A stretch of DNA of 64,000 bases from a virus (IMGVR_UViG_3300044712_000496:330-64329), one strand, 5' to 3'; shown: positions 29,804 to 39,331, counted from the stretch's first letter. Program-made: numbers and translations. Notes: generated by a model not told the origin, from the letters alone.

Positions 29804-32800
29804 TGGCCGATTTTGAATATCCGGTATATAAAGGTCCGCAGTTCGATTCTCCGAATGGCGACACAGGCTCTTTCGTCCAGGAGACCTTGAAGGCAGTACC
29901 GAGAACCTTCGGGGCGATGGTTGAAGAGTCCGGGCGCATAGCTCATGCTCTCACAGCGGGGAAATTCCACGGAGCATCGCAACTGATACAGACAGGCAAA
30001 GAGGCGCAGGAAAAACACGCGATGTCCCCGGAGTTCGTCCAGGCGCATCCGATAGCCGCAACCGTTGGGGGGGCGGTCGAGGGTCTTGCGACTATGGCAC
30101 CATACCTGGCGGGCGAGGCGTTTGTGTCGGCTATTGCGCCGGAGGCCGGTCTCCCTGCCGCCGCGGGTACTCTCGCCCGAGGTTTCTCTGCCGTCGCTCG
30201 GGGATTGAAAAAGACCCAGGCGATAACCAGGGTCGGACTCCCGGCGGGCATCGGCCTTGCCACGGCAGACAAGACCTATGAGATGGCGAGGGAACAGGGT
30301 AAGGATGTTCATGATTCAGTGGCCGCTTCGATCCTCCCCGGCGTAGTCTCCGCCGCAGGAATGGCGTTGATGGGACCGGGGGCCAAGGCAGGTCGCAGCC
30401 TGTTGTTCAAGGAGTCGGCACAAACCCTGGCGCAGCCGGCGAAGAAGGAGTTCGTCAAGGACATCATAGGCGGGATGGTTGTGGATACCCCCATCATGCA
30501 GGGCGCAGCGGCGGCAACCGCTCTTGCGCAATCAGCCGCAGGGGTAAAACCCGAACAGACGGCGACCGAGATCCTCACCAATCCGCAGCAGTGGTTGTCG
30601 GCGACCATAACAGGCGGCATCTTCGGTGTCCTGAACGCAGCGCATCGCAAGGGGGCGGCGGATGTCCTGAACGAAGCCCTGTCGAACCCGGAGATGAATA
30701 AAGAGTCCCGTGCGAAGGCTGTGGAAATGATTTACCAGCGTGGAAAAGGTGGGAACGAAACCACGGCGGAACTCTGGAGAGCGCAAGCCTTAGATCTTAT
30801 AAACAAAAAGCAACCCATCCCGGTTGACGCCGTTGAGATGTTCAAAGCCCCCGAGGAGCCTGTCGAAACCGGAACCCCGGAAAAGGCGAGGACGGAAGTG
30901 CTTAAAGCCGTGCAGGAGAGCGTTGCGACCGGCGGAGAGAAGACCCCCCTTGAGATCATGGCCGAGAACAAGGAGACCGAGGGCGCAGCGGTGAGCCTTG
31001 AGGCTTTAAAACCTGACTCCTACATGATGTTGAACCCGCAGACTGGGGAGGTAGAACGCATCCCCAACACGGCGGAGAGCCTCAAGATGGCGAAGGAGAT
31101 GGGATACGTCAGCGCATCGGACGAGATGGTTGCAGGGATACAGGAATACGAAGCACTCCGGGGGGTGGATTATGAAAGAGAAGAAGTTCAACTTTCACGA
31201 ACTGGCGAAGGCGTACAAGGAGAAGGGGCATATCGGGACAACGAAAAAGAACCTGTCGCCGGAACAGGCGATAGTGCTATCCAAAGCCAAGGAAAAGTAG
31301 AGCCTCTCAAGGACAACGAGGCGAGGTATGTCTCAGGGGCGGAGGGGCGTGAAGCGATAAGGCGGGTGGGTGATACCGTCGAGTGGTGGGGCCAGGATGC
31401 CAACGGTGACGCTTCTATTATTGCGGTTGCCGACATCCTCCCGAACGGCAGACTGACCATCCGGGAAGCCGAGACCCCGGAGGCCGCATTGAGGGCTGTT
31501 GATCTTCTCGCCAGAGAGACCGGACTTAAACCCGATGAAACCCGCTTTGCCCGAATGAAACCCATCACCGACAGGATGATGGAAGAAGAGAAGATACTCC
31601 GACCGGCTGTGAGGTTCGCCCCTGAAGGCGGGAAAGAGATGGTCACGACCGCCGAACCGGGTACGGGGACGCATTACGAAGCCTTGGCAAAGATACCCCG
31701 CGACTTCGAGAACCGCCACGGCAAGCTGCAAGGCTCCATGAAAGAGGGGTATGTCCTCCCCGATGGCACTTTCCTGTCTCGCCGTGAGATCATCCCCTGG
31801 CTTCGCATCAACGACCCGGAGACCTACAGGGCGATCCCCGGCAGCATGAGAACGGCCCCCGAGGGTCTTGAGTCTGTGAGCTACAACCGGGCGAAGGGTC
31901 TGGTGGGGAATGACTTTGAATTTATTGACGGGTTGCGTTTCTCCAGAAGCGAGGGTGCTATGAACTCAGACGTTACAAAGCTCTATGACCTCCTGCGGAG
32001 ATTCAACCCCGAAGTGGACTGGAAAGAAAAAGGGATAAAAGCAGGACTGGAAGAACTTCGCAAAACGAAGGACGAAAAGTTCAGCCGGGAGATTCAGAAA
32101 ACCGAGACGCTCTTTACCACAATCGAAACAGGAATCACCGAGGTCTCCAAGGGCTTAAAAATCCCGGTCGAGGTTGTGCGCAGCAGATCGGAGATCCCCG
32201 GTCTCAAGCAACCGGGTTTCGACTTCTCGGGTGTCTACCACGAAGGTAAGATATGGATGGTCGCCGATCAGTTGAAAGACCTTGACCATGCGAAGGAGAT
32301 TCTGTTAAAACATGAACTTATCCATGCCGGTTTCCGTGAGTCTCTCGGGAAGGACTTCGACACCCTGCTCGGTCGGGCGTGGAGTTCGAGGGGGACGGAA
32401 GTAAGGGAGTTCGCTGACAAGGTAGGGATTGACTGGAAGACCAAGGCGGGTAAGGCTGAAGCTACTGAAGAGTGGCTGGTCGAGTTCGCAAAGACCGATG
32501 CCAAATCCCCCGTGTGGGATAAGTTCGTCTCCGTCCTCAAGGACTGGGTGAGGAAGGTCTTTGGGATTGACCTGAAACTCTCCGATGCTGAAATTCGTAA
32601 CCTTGTGGCCGAGGCTGGCAAGGCGATGAAGGGAGATAAGAAATCCCTGACTCCCCTGAAGGAATTTCAAGGGACATACCCCTTCGCCAAATTCGACGAG
32701 ATGTTCGCCGATCTCGCTCCGACGAGATTCAACTCGGAAGGTAAACCCGTGATCTGGTACTCGAAACTGGAAAAACATCTTGACGACAAGACCCGGAGCC

Positions 32801-35800
32801 TGAAGGGGGACAAGCCGGTTCCCGTTTCTCACTTCGAGCAACTCCTCAAAGACACCAGCCTGAAGAAAGACGAGCTGGAACAGTCAGGGGTGAGGGAGTG
32901 GCTCGCAGGTAAAGAGAAGGCGACGAAGAACGAAGTCATGGATTACCTGAAGGAAAATCAGGTGGAACTGAAGGATGTGGTGTTGGGGGGAGCCAATACG
33001 GGGTGGAATGAAATCGAGCAAGACTTGCACGATACAGGAGAAGCACGTTTATCCAATGGGTATACCGTTGTCTATGAGAGCGGTGCGTATGAAATCTATG
33101 ATGATGGCAATGGTTTCCAAGGCACTGCCGGATACTCCGTAGCTGATGCCGTGGCCTATTTGAAAAAAGCATATCCAGGATATGCTTCAACCACCCCCAC
33201 CCACTTCTCCCAATACACCGAACCTGGCGCGAAAGAGGGAAGCTACCGGGAGATGTTTGTGACGGTGCCGGTGTCCCCCCGCGATCAAGCGGCAATGGAG
33301 CATAATGCCAAAATATCTGCCGACCACAACGCACCGACAAAAATACTTCAAGATTCTTGGAAAGACGGTCACTCCCAATATTCAGATATTCAAAATCCTG
33401 TGGTGAGGATTAGGTTTAATGAGAGATTTGTAGCTGACTCTGAAGGAACATCAGTAGAGGTAGGAGGCAAGGGTGGTAAGGTTCAAAGACTTACTCATGA
33501 GCGCCAGAAGATGTTGGACGCCGGGATGTCTGACATGGGGGTGCGGGGAAATAGGATTCTCTTCGTAGAAGAGATGCAGGGACCGTCGGACGAGAATCAA
33601 GGGAAGATGCCCGAGTATCTCAAGAACAGGATTTATGACATCGGGGTTAAGCGCATCCTGCGGTACGCGAAGGAGAACGGTTTTGACGGCGTGGCGTGGA
33701 CGCCCGGAGAGGTTCAGGCGAAAAGGTATGATTTGAGTAAACATTTTGACAAGATTGAAGCCCTAGCAAACCCGGACGGGACATTTAACATCTTCGGTTA
33801 CAATAATGCAGGGGAGAGAATAGTCGATAAACTCGATGTTCCACAGGGACAATTACCAGATGTAGTTGGTAAAGAACTGGCTGAGAAAATAGTAAAACAG
33901 CCGTGGGTTCGGGGGGAGTACAAGGGTTTAGATTTAAAAGTCGGCGGCGAAGGTCTCAAAAGGCTCTATGACCAGATGCTCCCCAAGATGTTCGAGAAGT
34001 ATGGGGGGGAGAAGGTAGGAGAGACTAGGATTGAGAGTCCAAATGCGGGGCGCCCACCCGCCAATGTGGTAGAGGACTATACTAGGGAACATTATGGGGT
34101 GGCTTTCAACAATCTCCGTCCAGAACAACGGGCGGAACTCTATCAGGAAGTTGTGGATGCTGAAAAACTAAAAGCCCTATCCACCCCCTTCATCCCAATC
34201 ACCGAGAAAACCCCCGGTTCTTATCCTCTCTTTGCGCGTGTAGCGCAAGAGACACCCCCGGCTGAAAGGCGGGAAGCGACGAACGAATGGACGAAGGGCA
34301 TCTTCACGGCGGGGCGGGTTATCAAGGACGCGGCTTCTTCTGTTTACTCCGCTGTTATGCCCATCGACAGAACGATAACCCTTGCGACTTCGAGGAATGA
34401 CTTTGCTCCGGTGCGGCCCAACTTTAACGAGATCCTTCGACTGCGCAGGGAAAAGGCGCAGTACGTTCCCACGGAACTCTACAAGGCGCATGAGAATATC
34501 AAGATGTTCTCCAAAGCGGGGATGGATGGGGTGTCAGATGTGGCCTACAAAGCCACGCTCTATGAACTTGATCCCTTCGCGCCGATGGAGAGGCAGTGGG
34601 TTGATGCCGAGAACTGGTCGCCGGTAAGTGGAGTAGAATTGGCTCCTGCACGGTCGCTCGAAGAGGCGAAGGCTGATCTCATGAAGTCTTTCAACCGTCT
34701 GACCCCGGAGCAGAAGCAGACCTACAAAGACATGACTGACCACATCTCCGAGGCGAGGCAGCAGAGGTTCCGCGCTCTTCTGCGCAATGTGGACCTTGCC
34801 TTTGGGCCGGGAACAGAAAAAGCTATGGAAGAAAAAGCGAAGCTCATGAATGACTTCGCACAGATGACGAGGGGGAGATACGTCCCCCTGTCCCGGTTCG
34901 GCCAGTTCCTCGTCAGGACATTCGCTATTGAAGGGGACGAAAAAGGTCGGCGTTTACATACAAAAGCCTACGAATCGAAACAGGGGGCTCTCGACGCGGT
35001 GGCAGAAGCGAGGAACCAGAATCTCCACGCGGAGATTACCGAGAAGATGGACCCGAAGGATTATGTCGTCAATGTCCCCTCTTCTTTCCTTGCTTCGCTC
35101 ACCCAGGCGGCGGAGGCCCGAGGGATCTCAGGCGAACAACTGGAGCAACTGACCGGCGACATCACAAGGCTCTGGGTCAGCACAATGGCGCCCGACACTA
35201 TCAAGGGTAACTCCCTGCATCGCCAAGCTGTCGAGGGATTCTCTACCGACCTTGCGAGAACTTATGCGGCTCATATCCAGAGAGAGGCGATGTCAACATC
35301 GAACGCCCTATACAACCCACTCATAGCGCAGCAGTTCCGCAACATGAAGACCGTGGTATCCGCTCTGAAGGAGGATGTGGAAAACCCCTATGATCCTAAC
35401 GCCCTGATCGACATTGCAAGGCTGGCGGACAAGATAGAGGCCCAGGACATACGTTTTCAGCGGGAGAGGATCAGTGAAGCGACGAAGGCGATAAGCAAGA
35501 TCACATACCTCCATTACCTGACCTCCCCCTCGGTGTGGGCGGTTCAGTGGTCACAGCCGTTCATGATGACGATTCCCAAGATGGCAGGGAAGTATGGGTT
35601 CGCCGAGGCGATGGGCTATTACACCAGGGCGGCTTCCCAGTATATGCGGGGGGCGTTCTCCGACCAGAAAATAGCTGAGTTCGAAGCAAGGACGAACGGC
35701 GCAGGGCGCAGGATGCTCCAGGCTCTCGACCAGGCGAGGAACGGAAGCAAGGTAGGGTTGGGCAAAGCCCAAGCAATCTACGATGGCATGAAGACCGAGG

Positions 35801-37134
35801 CTGACAGGAACCTGCTTATACAGGCAACGCTCTTGAACCAGGGGGGCATTACGCTCTCCCTATCCCACGATGTCATGGACCAGATAACCAGCGGACGGAA
35901 TATCGAAAAGATGCTGGATACGGCGACGGAGTATGGCAGTTTCTTCATGCGCAAGTCCGAGATGGGAAGCCGCAAGGCTGCGGCGGTGGCTGCGTTCAGG
36001 GTTGCTCTTGAGAAGGGCGGGAAGAACATGCTGGAGGCGAACGACTATGCCCTCCATGTTATTGACGACACGCTTTATGACTTCTCCTCGGAAAACCGCC
36101 CCGCTCTTCTGAAGGGTAACGTAGGCCGGGTCATCGGGCAATTCCAGTTCTTCAGGCTGCATACGGTAGGAAAAGTCATGCAACTGGTTATGGACAGCGC
36201 AAAGCGGGGGTACGAGTCGAACGTGGCGGCGTTCGGGGAATCCAAGGCCAAGGAGATGTTGAGAGAATCCCGAAAAGAACTCGCCTTCATGACCGGGATG
36301 GGGTTCGCCCTCGCCGGCGCAGCCGGGACTCCTATTTCGATGCTCGCCTCGAACCTTGTGACCGACGCTCTGTGGGCCGGGATCAAGTTCCTCTTCGACG
36401 ACCCGGACGATCCGTGGAACCCGAAGCAGGATTTTGAAGCGACAGTCAGAGAGTCTCTGGGAGATACGGCGGGGACCGCAGTATTAAAAGGTCTGCCGGC
36501 GATGATGGGACTGGATATATCCCGGCGTGTAGGGATGGGTGGCATGGCGAACATGATCCAGAACGACCCGCCTCCGGGGATGTCCGAGATGGACAAGGCG
36601 AACTGGCTGGCAGGGAGGATCCTCGGCCCGAGTTGGGGTGTCGCTACCGATGTAGTCCGGGCCTTTGATGCCGTGGGTCGTGGGGAATTGGCCGACGCTT
36701 TCATGTACTCCAACCCCAAGATCGTCAAGGACTTCATCAAGACCTACAACCTCAACGCCGAGGGCGTTGTCGCCAAGGGCAAGACGATACTGCAACCCGA
36801 GGATGTCAGCCCGTGGAGCTTCGCTCTCCAGTTTGCGGGTATAAATCCCACGCAGGTCGCACTCGCCCGCGAGGAAGCCGCGGAGATCAACAAGCTGTCT
36901 TATGCGCTCTCGGCTCGGAGGACCAAGCTCCTGAAGGACTTCACCGAGGCCCGGTTGAATGACGACTATGAGGCTGAAGAAAAGGCGATTGAGAAAATCA
37001 ACGCATGGGCGGAGAAACAGCCGAAGCTCATGATCTCCCAGAAAGAACTCGTCCATGCCGTCCGACGGGCGATGAAGCTGAAGGAAGGCGCACCCACGAA
37101 GCGGGAGGAGATTATAAAAGAACAACTGAGTTGA
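29803..37134 (+). CDS. Large polyvalent internal virion protein (2443 aa), PLxRFG family, with a zincin-like domain
   Basis: YVPLSRFGQF; LKHELIHAG...ATEE (HExxH); LFVEEMQ and DGVAWTPG domain. Confidence 0.75.
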   Translation: MADFEYPVYKGPQFDSPNGDTGSFVQETLKAVPRTFGAMVEESGRIAHALTAGKFHGASQLIQTGKEAQEKHAMSPEFVQAHPIAATVGGAVEGLATMAPYLAGEAFVSAIAPEAGLPAAAGTLARGFSAVARGLKKTQAITRVGLPAGIGLATADKTYEMAREQGKDVHDSVAASILPGVVSAAGMALMGPGAKAGRSLLFKESAQTLAQPAKKEFVKDIIGGMVVDTPIMQGAAAATALAQSAAGVKPEQTATEILTNPQQWLSATITGGIFGVLNAAHRKGAADVLNEALSNPEMNKESRAKAVEMIYQRGKGGNETTAELWRAQALDLINKKQPIPVDAVEMFKAPEEPVETGTPEKARTEVLKAVQESVATGGEKTPLEIMAENKETEGAAVSLEALKPDSYMMLNPQTGEVERIPNTAESLKMAKEMGYVSASDEMVAGIQEYEALRGVDYEREEVQLSRTGEGVQGEGAYRDNEKEPVAGTGDSAIQSQGKVEPLKDNEARYVSGAEGREAIRRVGDTVEWWGQDANGDASIIAVADILPNGRLTIREAETPEAALRAVDLLARETGLKPDETRFARMKPITDRMMEEEKILRPAVRFAPEGGKEMVTTAEPGTGTHYEALAKIPRDFENRHGKLQGSMKEGYVLPDGTFLSRREIIPWLRINDPETYRAIPGSMRTAPEGLESVSYNRAKGLVGNDFEFIDGLRFSRSEGAMNSDVTKLYDLLRRFNPEVDWKEKGIKAGLEELRKTKDEKFSREIQKTETLFTTIETGITEVSKGLKIPVEVVRSRSEIPGLKQPGFDFSGVYHEGKIWMVADQLKDLDHAKEILLKHELIHAGFRESLGKDFDTLLGRAWSSRGTEVREFADKVGIDWKTKAGKAEATEEWLVEFAKTDAKSPVWDKFVSVLKDWVRKVFGIDLKLSDAEIRNLVAEAGKAMKGDKKSLTPLKEFQGTYPFAKFDEMFADLAPTRFNSEGKPVIWYSKLEKHLDDKTRSLKGDKPVPVSHFEQLLKDTSLKKDELEQSGVREWLAGKEKATKNEVMDYLKENQVELKDVVLGGANTGWNEIEQDLHDTGEARLSNGYTVVYESGAYEIYDDGNGFQGTAGYSVADAVAYLKKAYPGYASTTPTHFSQYTEPGAKEGSYREMFVTVPVSPRDQAAMEHNAKISADHNAPTKILQDSWKDGHSQYSDIQNPVVRIRFNERFVADSEGTSVEVGGKGGKVQRLTHERQKMLDAGMSDMGVRGNRILFVEEMQGPSDENQGKMPEYLKNRIYDIGVKRILRYAKENGFDGVAWTPGEVQAKRYDLSKHFDKIEALANPDGTFNIFGYNNAGERIVDKLDVPQGQLPDVVGKELAEKIVKQPWVRGEYKGLDLKVGGEGLKRLYDQMLPKMFEKYGGEKVGETRIESPNAGRPPANVVEDYTREHYGVAFNNLRPEQRAELYQEVVDAEKLKALSTPFIPITEKTPGSYPLFARVAQETPPAERREATNEWTKGIFTAGRVIKDAASSVYSAVMPIDRTITLATSRNDFAPVRPNFNEILRLRREKAQYVPTELYKAHENIKMFSKAGMDGVSDVAYKATLYELDPFAPMERQWVDAENWSPVSGVELAPARSLEEAKADLMKSFNRLTPEQKQTYKDMTDHISEARQQRFRALLRNVDLAFGPGTEKAMEEKAKLMNDFAQMTRGRYVPLSRFGQFLVRTFAIEGDEKGRRLHTKAYESKQGALDAVAEARNQNLHAEITEKMDPKDYVVNVPSSFLASLTQAAEARGISGEQLEQLTGDITRLWVSTMAPDTIKGNSLHRQAVEGFSTDLARTYAAHIQREAMSTSNALYNPLIAQQFRNMKTVVSALKEDVENPYDPNALIDIARLADKIEAQDIRFQRERISEATKAISKITYLHYLTSPSVWAVQWSQPFMMTIPKMAGKYGFAEAMGYYTRAASQYMRGAFSDQKIAEFEARTNGAGRRMLQALDQARNGSKVGLGKAQAIYDGMKTEADRNLLIQATLLNQGGITLSLSHDVMDQITSGRNIEKMLDTATEYGSFFMRKSEMGSRKAAAVAAFRVALEKGGKNMLEANDYALHVIDDTLYDFSSENRPALLKGNVGRVIGQFQFFRLHTVGKVMQLVMDSAKRGYESNVAAFGESKAKEMLRESRKELAFMTGMGFALAGAAGTPISMLASNLVTDALWAGIKFLFDDPDDPWNPKQDFEATVRESLGDTAGTAVLKGLPAMMGLDISRRVGMGGMANMIQNDPPPGMSEMDKANWLAGRILGPSWGVATDVVRAFDAVGRGELADAFMYSNPKIVKDFIKTYNLNAEGVVAKGKTILQPEDVSPWSFALQFAGINPTQVALAREEAAEINKLSYALSARRTKLLKDFTEARLNDDYEAEEKAIEKINAWAEKQPKLMISQKELVHAVRRAMKLKEGAPTKREEIIKEQLS
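31172..31300 (+). CDS. Putative nested out-of-frame ORF (42 aa)
   Basis: GGGGGTGG RBS; MKEKKFNFHELAKAYKEKGHIGTTKKNLSPEQAIVLSKAKEK in the +1 frame. Confidence 0.45.
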   Translation: MKEKKFNFHELAKAYKEKGHIGTTKKNLSPEQAIVLSKAKEK

Positions 37135-37164
37135 CAAACTGCCCTGGGGGAGTTACACTCCCCC
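37131..37164 (+). promoter_or_regulatory. Integrase promoter with overlapping palindrome
   Basis: TTGACA-17 bp-TACACT, ATG 6 nt later; GGGGGAGT-TAC-ACTCCCCC inverted repeat spans the -10. Confidence 0.7.
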
Positions 37165-37165
37165 T

Positions 37166-38167
37166 ATGAGCGTCAGAGAGCATCCGACAAAGGGGCGGGG
37201 TTGGTGGACTATTGATGTCGGGCGGGGCAGGAACCGGAAACGCCCCGCCTTTGAAGGAACCTACGAAGAGGCCCAGGATTGGGAAATGGAGATCCGGGCG
37301 CAGACATCCACCATCCAGGACAAGATAAACCCCAAGTTCAACCAGTGCATTCCCGAGTTCCTCATAAGTTACGGCAACAACCGCCCCGCCTCCCTATCCC
37401 GGACCCGCATATCCCTGGACCATCTGAAGAAGCACTTCGGCAATCTCTCCCTCCTGTCCATCACTTCGAGCCAGGTAGAGCAGTATAAAGCCTCCAGGAT
37501 CCTCAAAGGGGTCAAGCCCACCACAATACAGAAAGAACTTTGCGCCCTGTCGTCCTTCCTCAAATGGGCCAAGAGGGAACGGAAAATAGCCCACCTCCCC
37601 GAGTTCGACAAGTTCCCCGGCAAGATGGTCAAAGCCCCGCTCCCCGTGGTCCCCACGCAGGAGTTGATAGAACAGGTGATAGCGGAAGTCCGCCCTGAGT
37701 GGAAACAGATTGTGTTCAAACTCATGCTGTTCTGCGGGCTCCGCCGAGCCGAGGTCTTGAAACTCAGGGGCGAGGATGTTCTCCTGGATCGAGGGCTTTT
37801 GATCGTAACCGGAAAAGGGAGCAAACAGAGGGTTGTGCCGGTGATAAGGGACGACATTAAAGAGGGGCTTCGACGGGTCGTGGAGAAGGCGGGAGCGGGG
37901 TATCTGTGGGTGAACCCGGTGACGGACAAGCCCTATATCGACATCATGGACTCCCTGAAGGAAGCAGCCAGGAGACTCGGGTTCTCGGGGCGCTGGTATA
38001 ACCATATCCTGCGGCATGGGTTCGGGACTTACTCCCACGAAGCGGGGCTCTCCCTGCGGGACATTCAGGTTCTCATGGGCCACTCCACCAGCCAGGTCAC
38101 GGAGATCTACACCCACACATCGAGCGGTCATCTGGCAGAGGCTTTGGGAAGGTGGCAGAAGAAATAA
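37166..38167 (+). CDS. int: Tyrosine integrase
   Basis: GLRRAE (R), GKGSKQR (K), HILRH, LMGHS and EIYTH catalytic residues. Confidence 0.95.
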   Translation: MSVREHPTKGRGWWTIDVGRGRNRKRPAFEGTYEEAQDWEMEIRAQTSTIQDKINPKFNQCIPEFLISYGNNRPASLSRTRISLDHLKKHFGNLSLLSITSSQVEQYKASRILKGVKPTTIQKELCALSSFLKWAKRERKIAHLPEFDKFPGKMVKAPLPVVPTQELIEQVIAEVRPEWKQIVFKLMLFCGLRRAEVLKLRGEDVLLDRGLLIVTGKGSKQRVVPVIRDDIKEGLRRVVEKAGAGYLWVNPVTDKPYIDIMDSLKEAARRLGFSGRWYNHILRHGFGTYSHEAGLSLRDIQVLMGHSTSQVTEIYTHTSSGHLAEALGRWQKK

Positions 38168-38174
38168 CCCCCCG

Positions 38175-38780
38175 TTATGTAGTAGCCCCCTCAATTTTGT
38201 TAATCTGGGAACAAAAATCTGCGATAGATAGAGCCGACAACGCCCCGAGCGCAATCTGTTTGTGCTCGTCTGAAAGTTCTTCCAATGCGGCCAAATACTC
38301 CTGATATATTCTCTTGAGCCGCGCCTTAAGAAACTTAGGCTGATGCAAGTAAATGTAGTTCAAAAGTGCTTGGGATGGAGCGAACCACTCGCCCATCAGC
38401 CTGTCTTTTGCGAAATGCAAATGTAGTTCTTGCTCTAAACTATGGCTCGCGCCTTCGAGAACCAGAAGTAAATTCAATTTGTATGGGTTTGCAACCTGGA
38501 GTTTCGCTATTCTCCCCACTAGATCATTATGCACAAACCCGATCTTAATAGGCCCATCAGAACCCTGTTGTATGAAATAAACAAATGGAGGGTTCTTCTT
38601 GTCATGCGCAAGTGCAACTACCGTGGGGTCTTCGATATAGTAACCCGCTTTTGCGTGTCTCGCTCGTCTGGCAGCTTCGAGCTTTGTTCCATAGAACGCA
38701 ATTCGCTTTCGGTCTTTGCTCCGACCAATGTCAATGACCCACCAGCCGTCTCCTTTTGTTGGATGTGGACGAAACGACAT
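38175..38780 (-). CDS. GIY-YIG (T5orf172/MUG113-like) nuclease with integrase-like N-terminal domain
   Basis: FVYFIQ...IKIG...RIAKLQVANP...EQELHLHF...GEWF; the first 36 aa are 24/36 identical to Int. Confidence 0.8.
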   Translation of the reverse strand: MSFRPHPTKGDGWWVIDIGRSKDRKRIAFYGTKLEAARRARHAKAGYYIEDPTVVALAHDKKNPPFVYFIQQGSDGPIKIGFVHNDLVGRIAKLQVANPYKLNLLLVLEGASHSLEQELHLHFAKDRLMGEWFAPSQALLNYIYLHQPKFLKARLKRIYQEYLAALEELSDEHKQIALGALSALSIADFCSQINKIEGATT

Positions 38781-38785
38781 AGCCT

Positions 38786-38941
38786 CTACTCCTTGGACTG
38801 TTTTTTCTGCTCCCGAGCGTCCACCATTTTCTTAGCCTGCTCGGATGTAAGAACGCGCTTCGATTTCTTTCCACCTTTACTAGCCAAATGGTGTGCAATT
38901 ACTTCGTCTGGGATATCCCTGTCACAGTATGGGCATTTCAT
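38786..38941 (-). CDS. Small basic CxxC/KGG protein (51 aa), probably leaderless
   Basis: MKCPYCDRDIPDEVIAHHLASKGGKKSKRVLTSEQAKKMVDAREQKKQSKE. Confidence 0.6.
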   Translation of the reverse strand: MKCPYCDRDIPDEVIAHHLASKGGKKSKRVLTSEQAKKMVDAREQKKQSKE

Positions 38942-38947
38942 ACTTAT

Positions 38948-38976
38948 CTTATATCATAACCGCTTACGTTTGTCAA
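38948..38976 (-). promoter_or_regulatory. Promoter for the small protein/nuclease operon
   Basis: TTGACA-17 bp-TATAAG, ATG 6 nt later; near-palindrome TAAGCGGTTA in the spacer. Confidence 0.7.
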
Positions 38977-39004
38977 GTGCTGTTTTTTAAATTTTCCTTC
39001 TAGG

Positions 39005-39160
39005 CGTGCCATTTTTGCCTCTCGTAAGTATCTGATTTTATAGGACTAAAAAATTACGGTGACTGAACTCAAAATCCACTACGCGCACCCGTAGGTTCTT
39101 GATATAAGCGGATTCACAGACAGGGAAAAATTAGAAATTGACACTAATTGACACACTTTT
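39005..39160. other. Putative attP
   Basis: Non-coding and near int. ACTCAAAATC (39067-39076) is identical to the tRNA-Leu anticodon loop region; AATTGACAC direct repeats at 39136 and 39146; TAAGTATCTGATTTT motif. Confidence 0.6.
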
Positions 39161-39243
39161 GGGGGGTTTAAAAAGGGAGCCTTTTTACTACTTTGGGGGG
39201 ATGGCGGTTCGGCCCTTCCAGGCCTCATGACTCAGCAACCAAA

Positions 39244-39330
39244 GGGGGGGTGGCGGAACTGGTAAACGCGGCAGACTCAAAATCTGTTGCCCGTCCGGGC
39301 TTGGGGGTTCGATTCCCCCTCCCCCTACCA
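39244..39330 (+). tRNA. tRNA-Leu (anticodon CAA)
   Basis: D arm TGGCGGAACTGGTAAACGC, anticodon arm GCAGA-CTCAAAA-TCTGT, long variable arm, GGTTCGATTCC, encoded ACCA end. Confidence 0.93.
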
Positions 39331-39331
39331 T

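Noticed and set aside
39138-39153. Tandem TTGACA as the tRNA promoter -35
   Set aside because: No acceptable -10 lies 16-18 bp downstream; better explained as integrase arm-type repeats.
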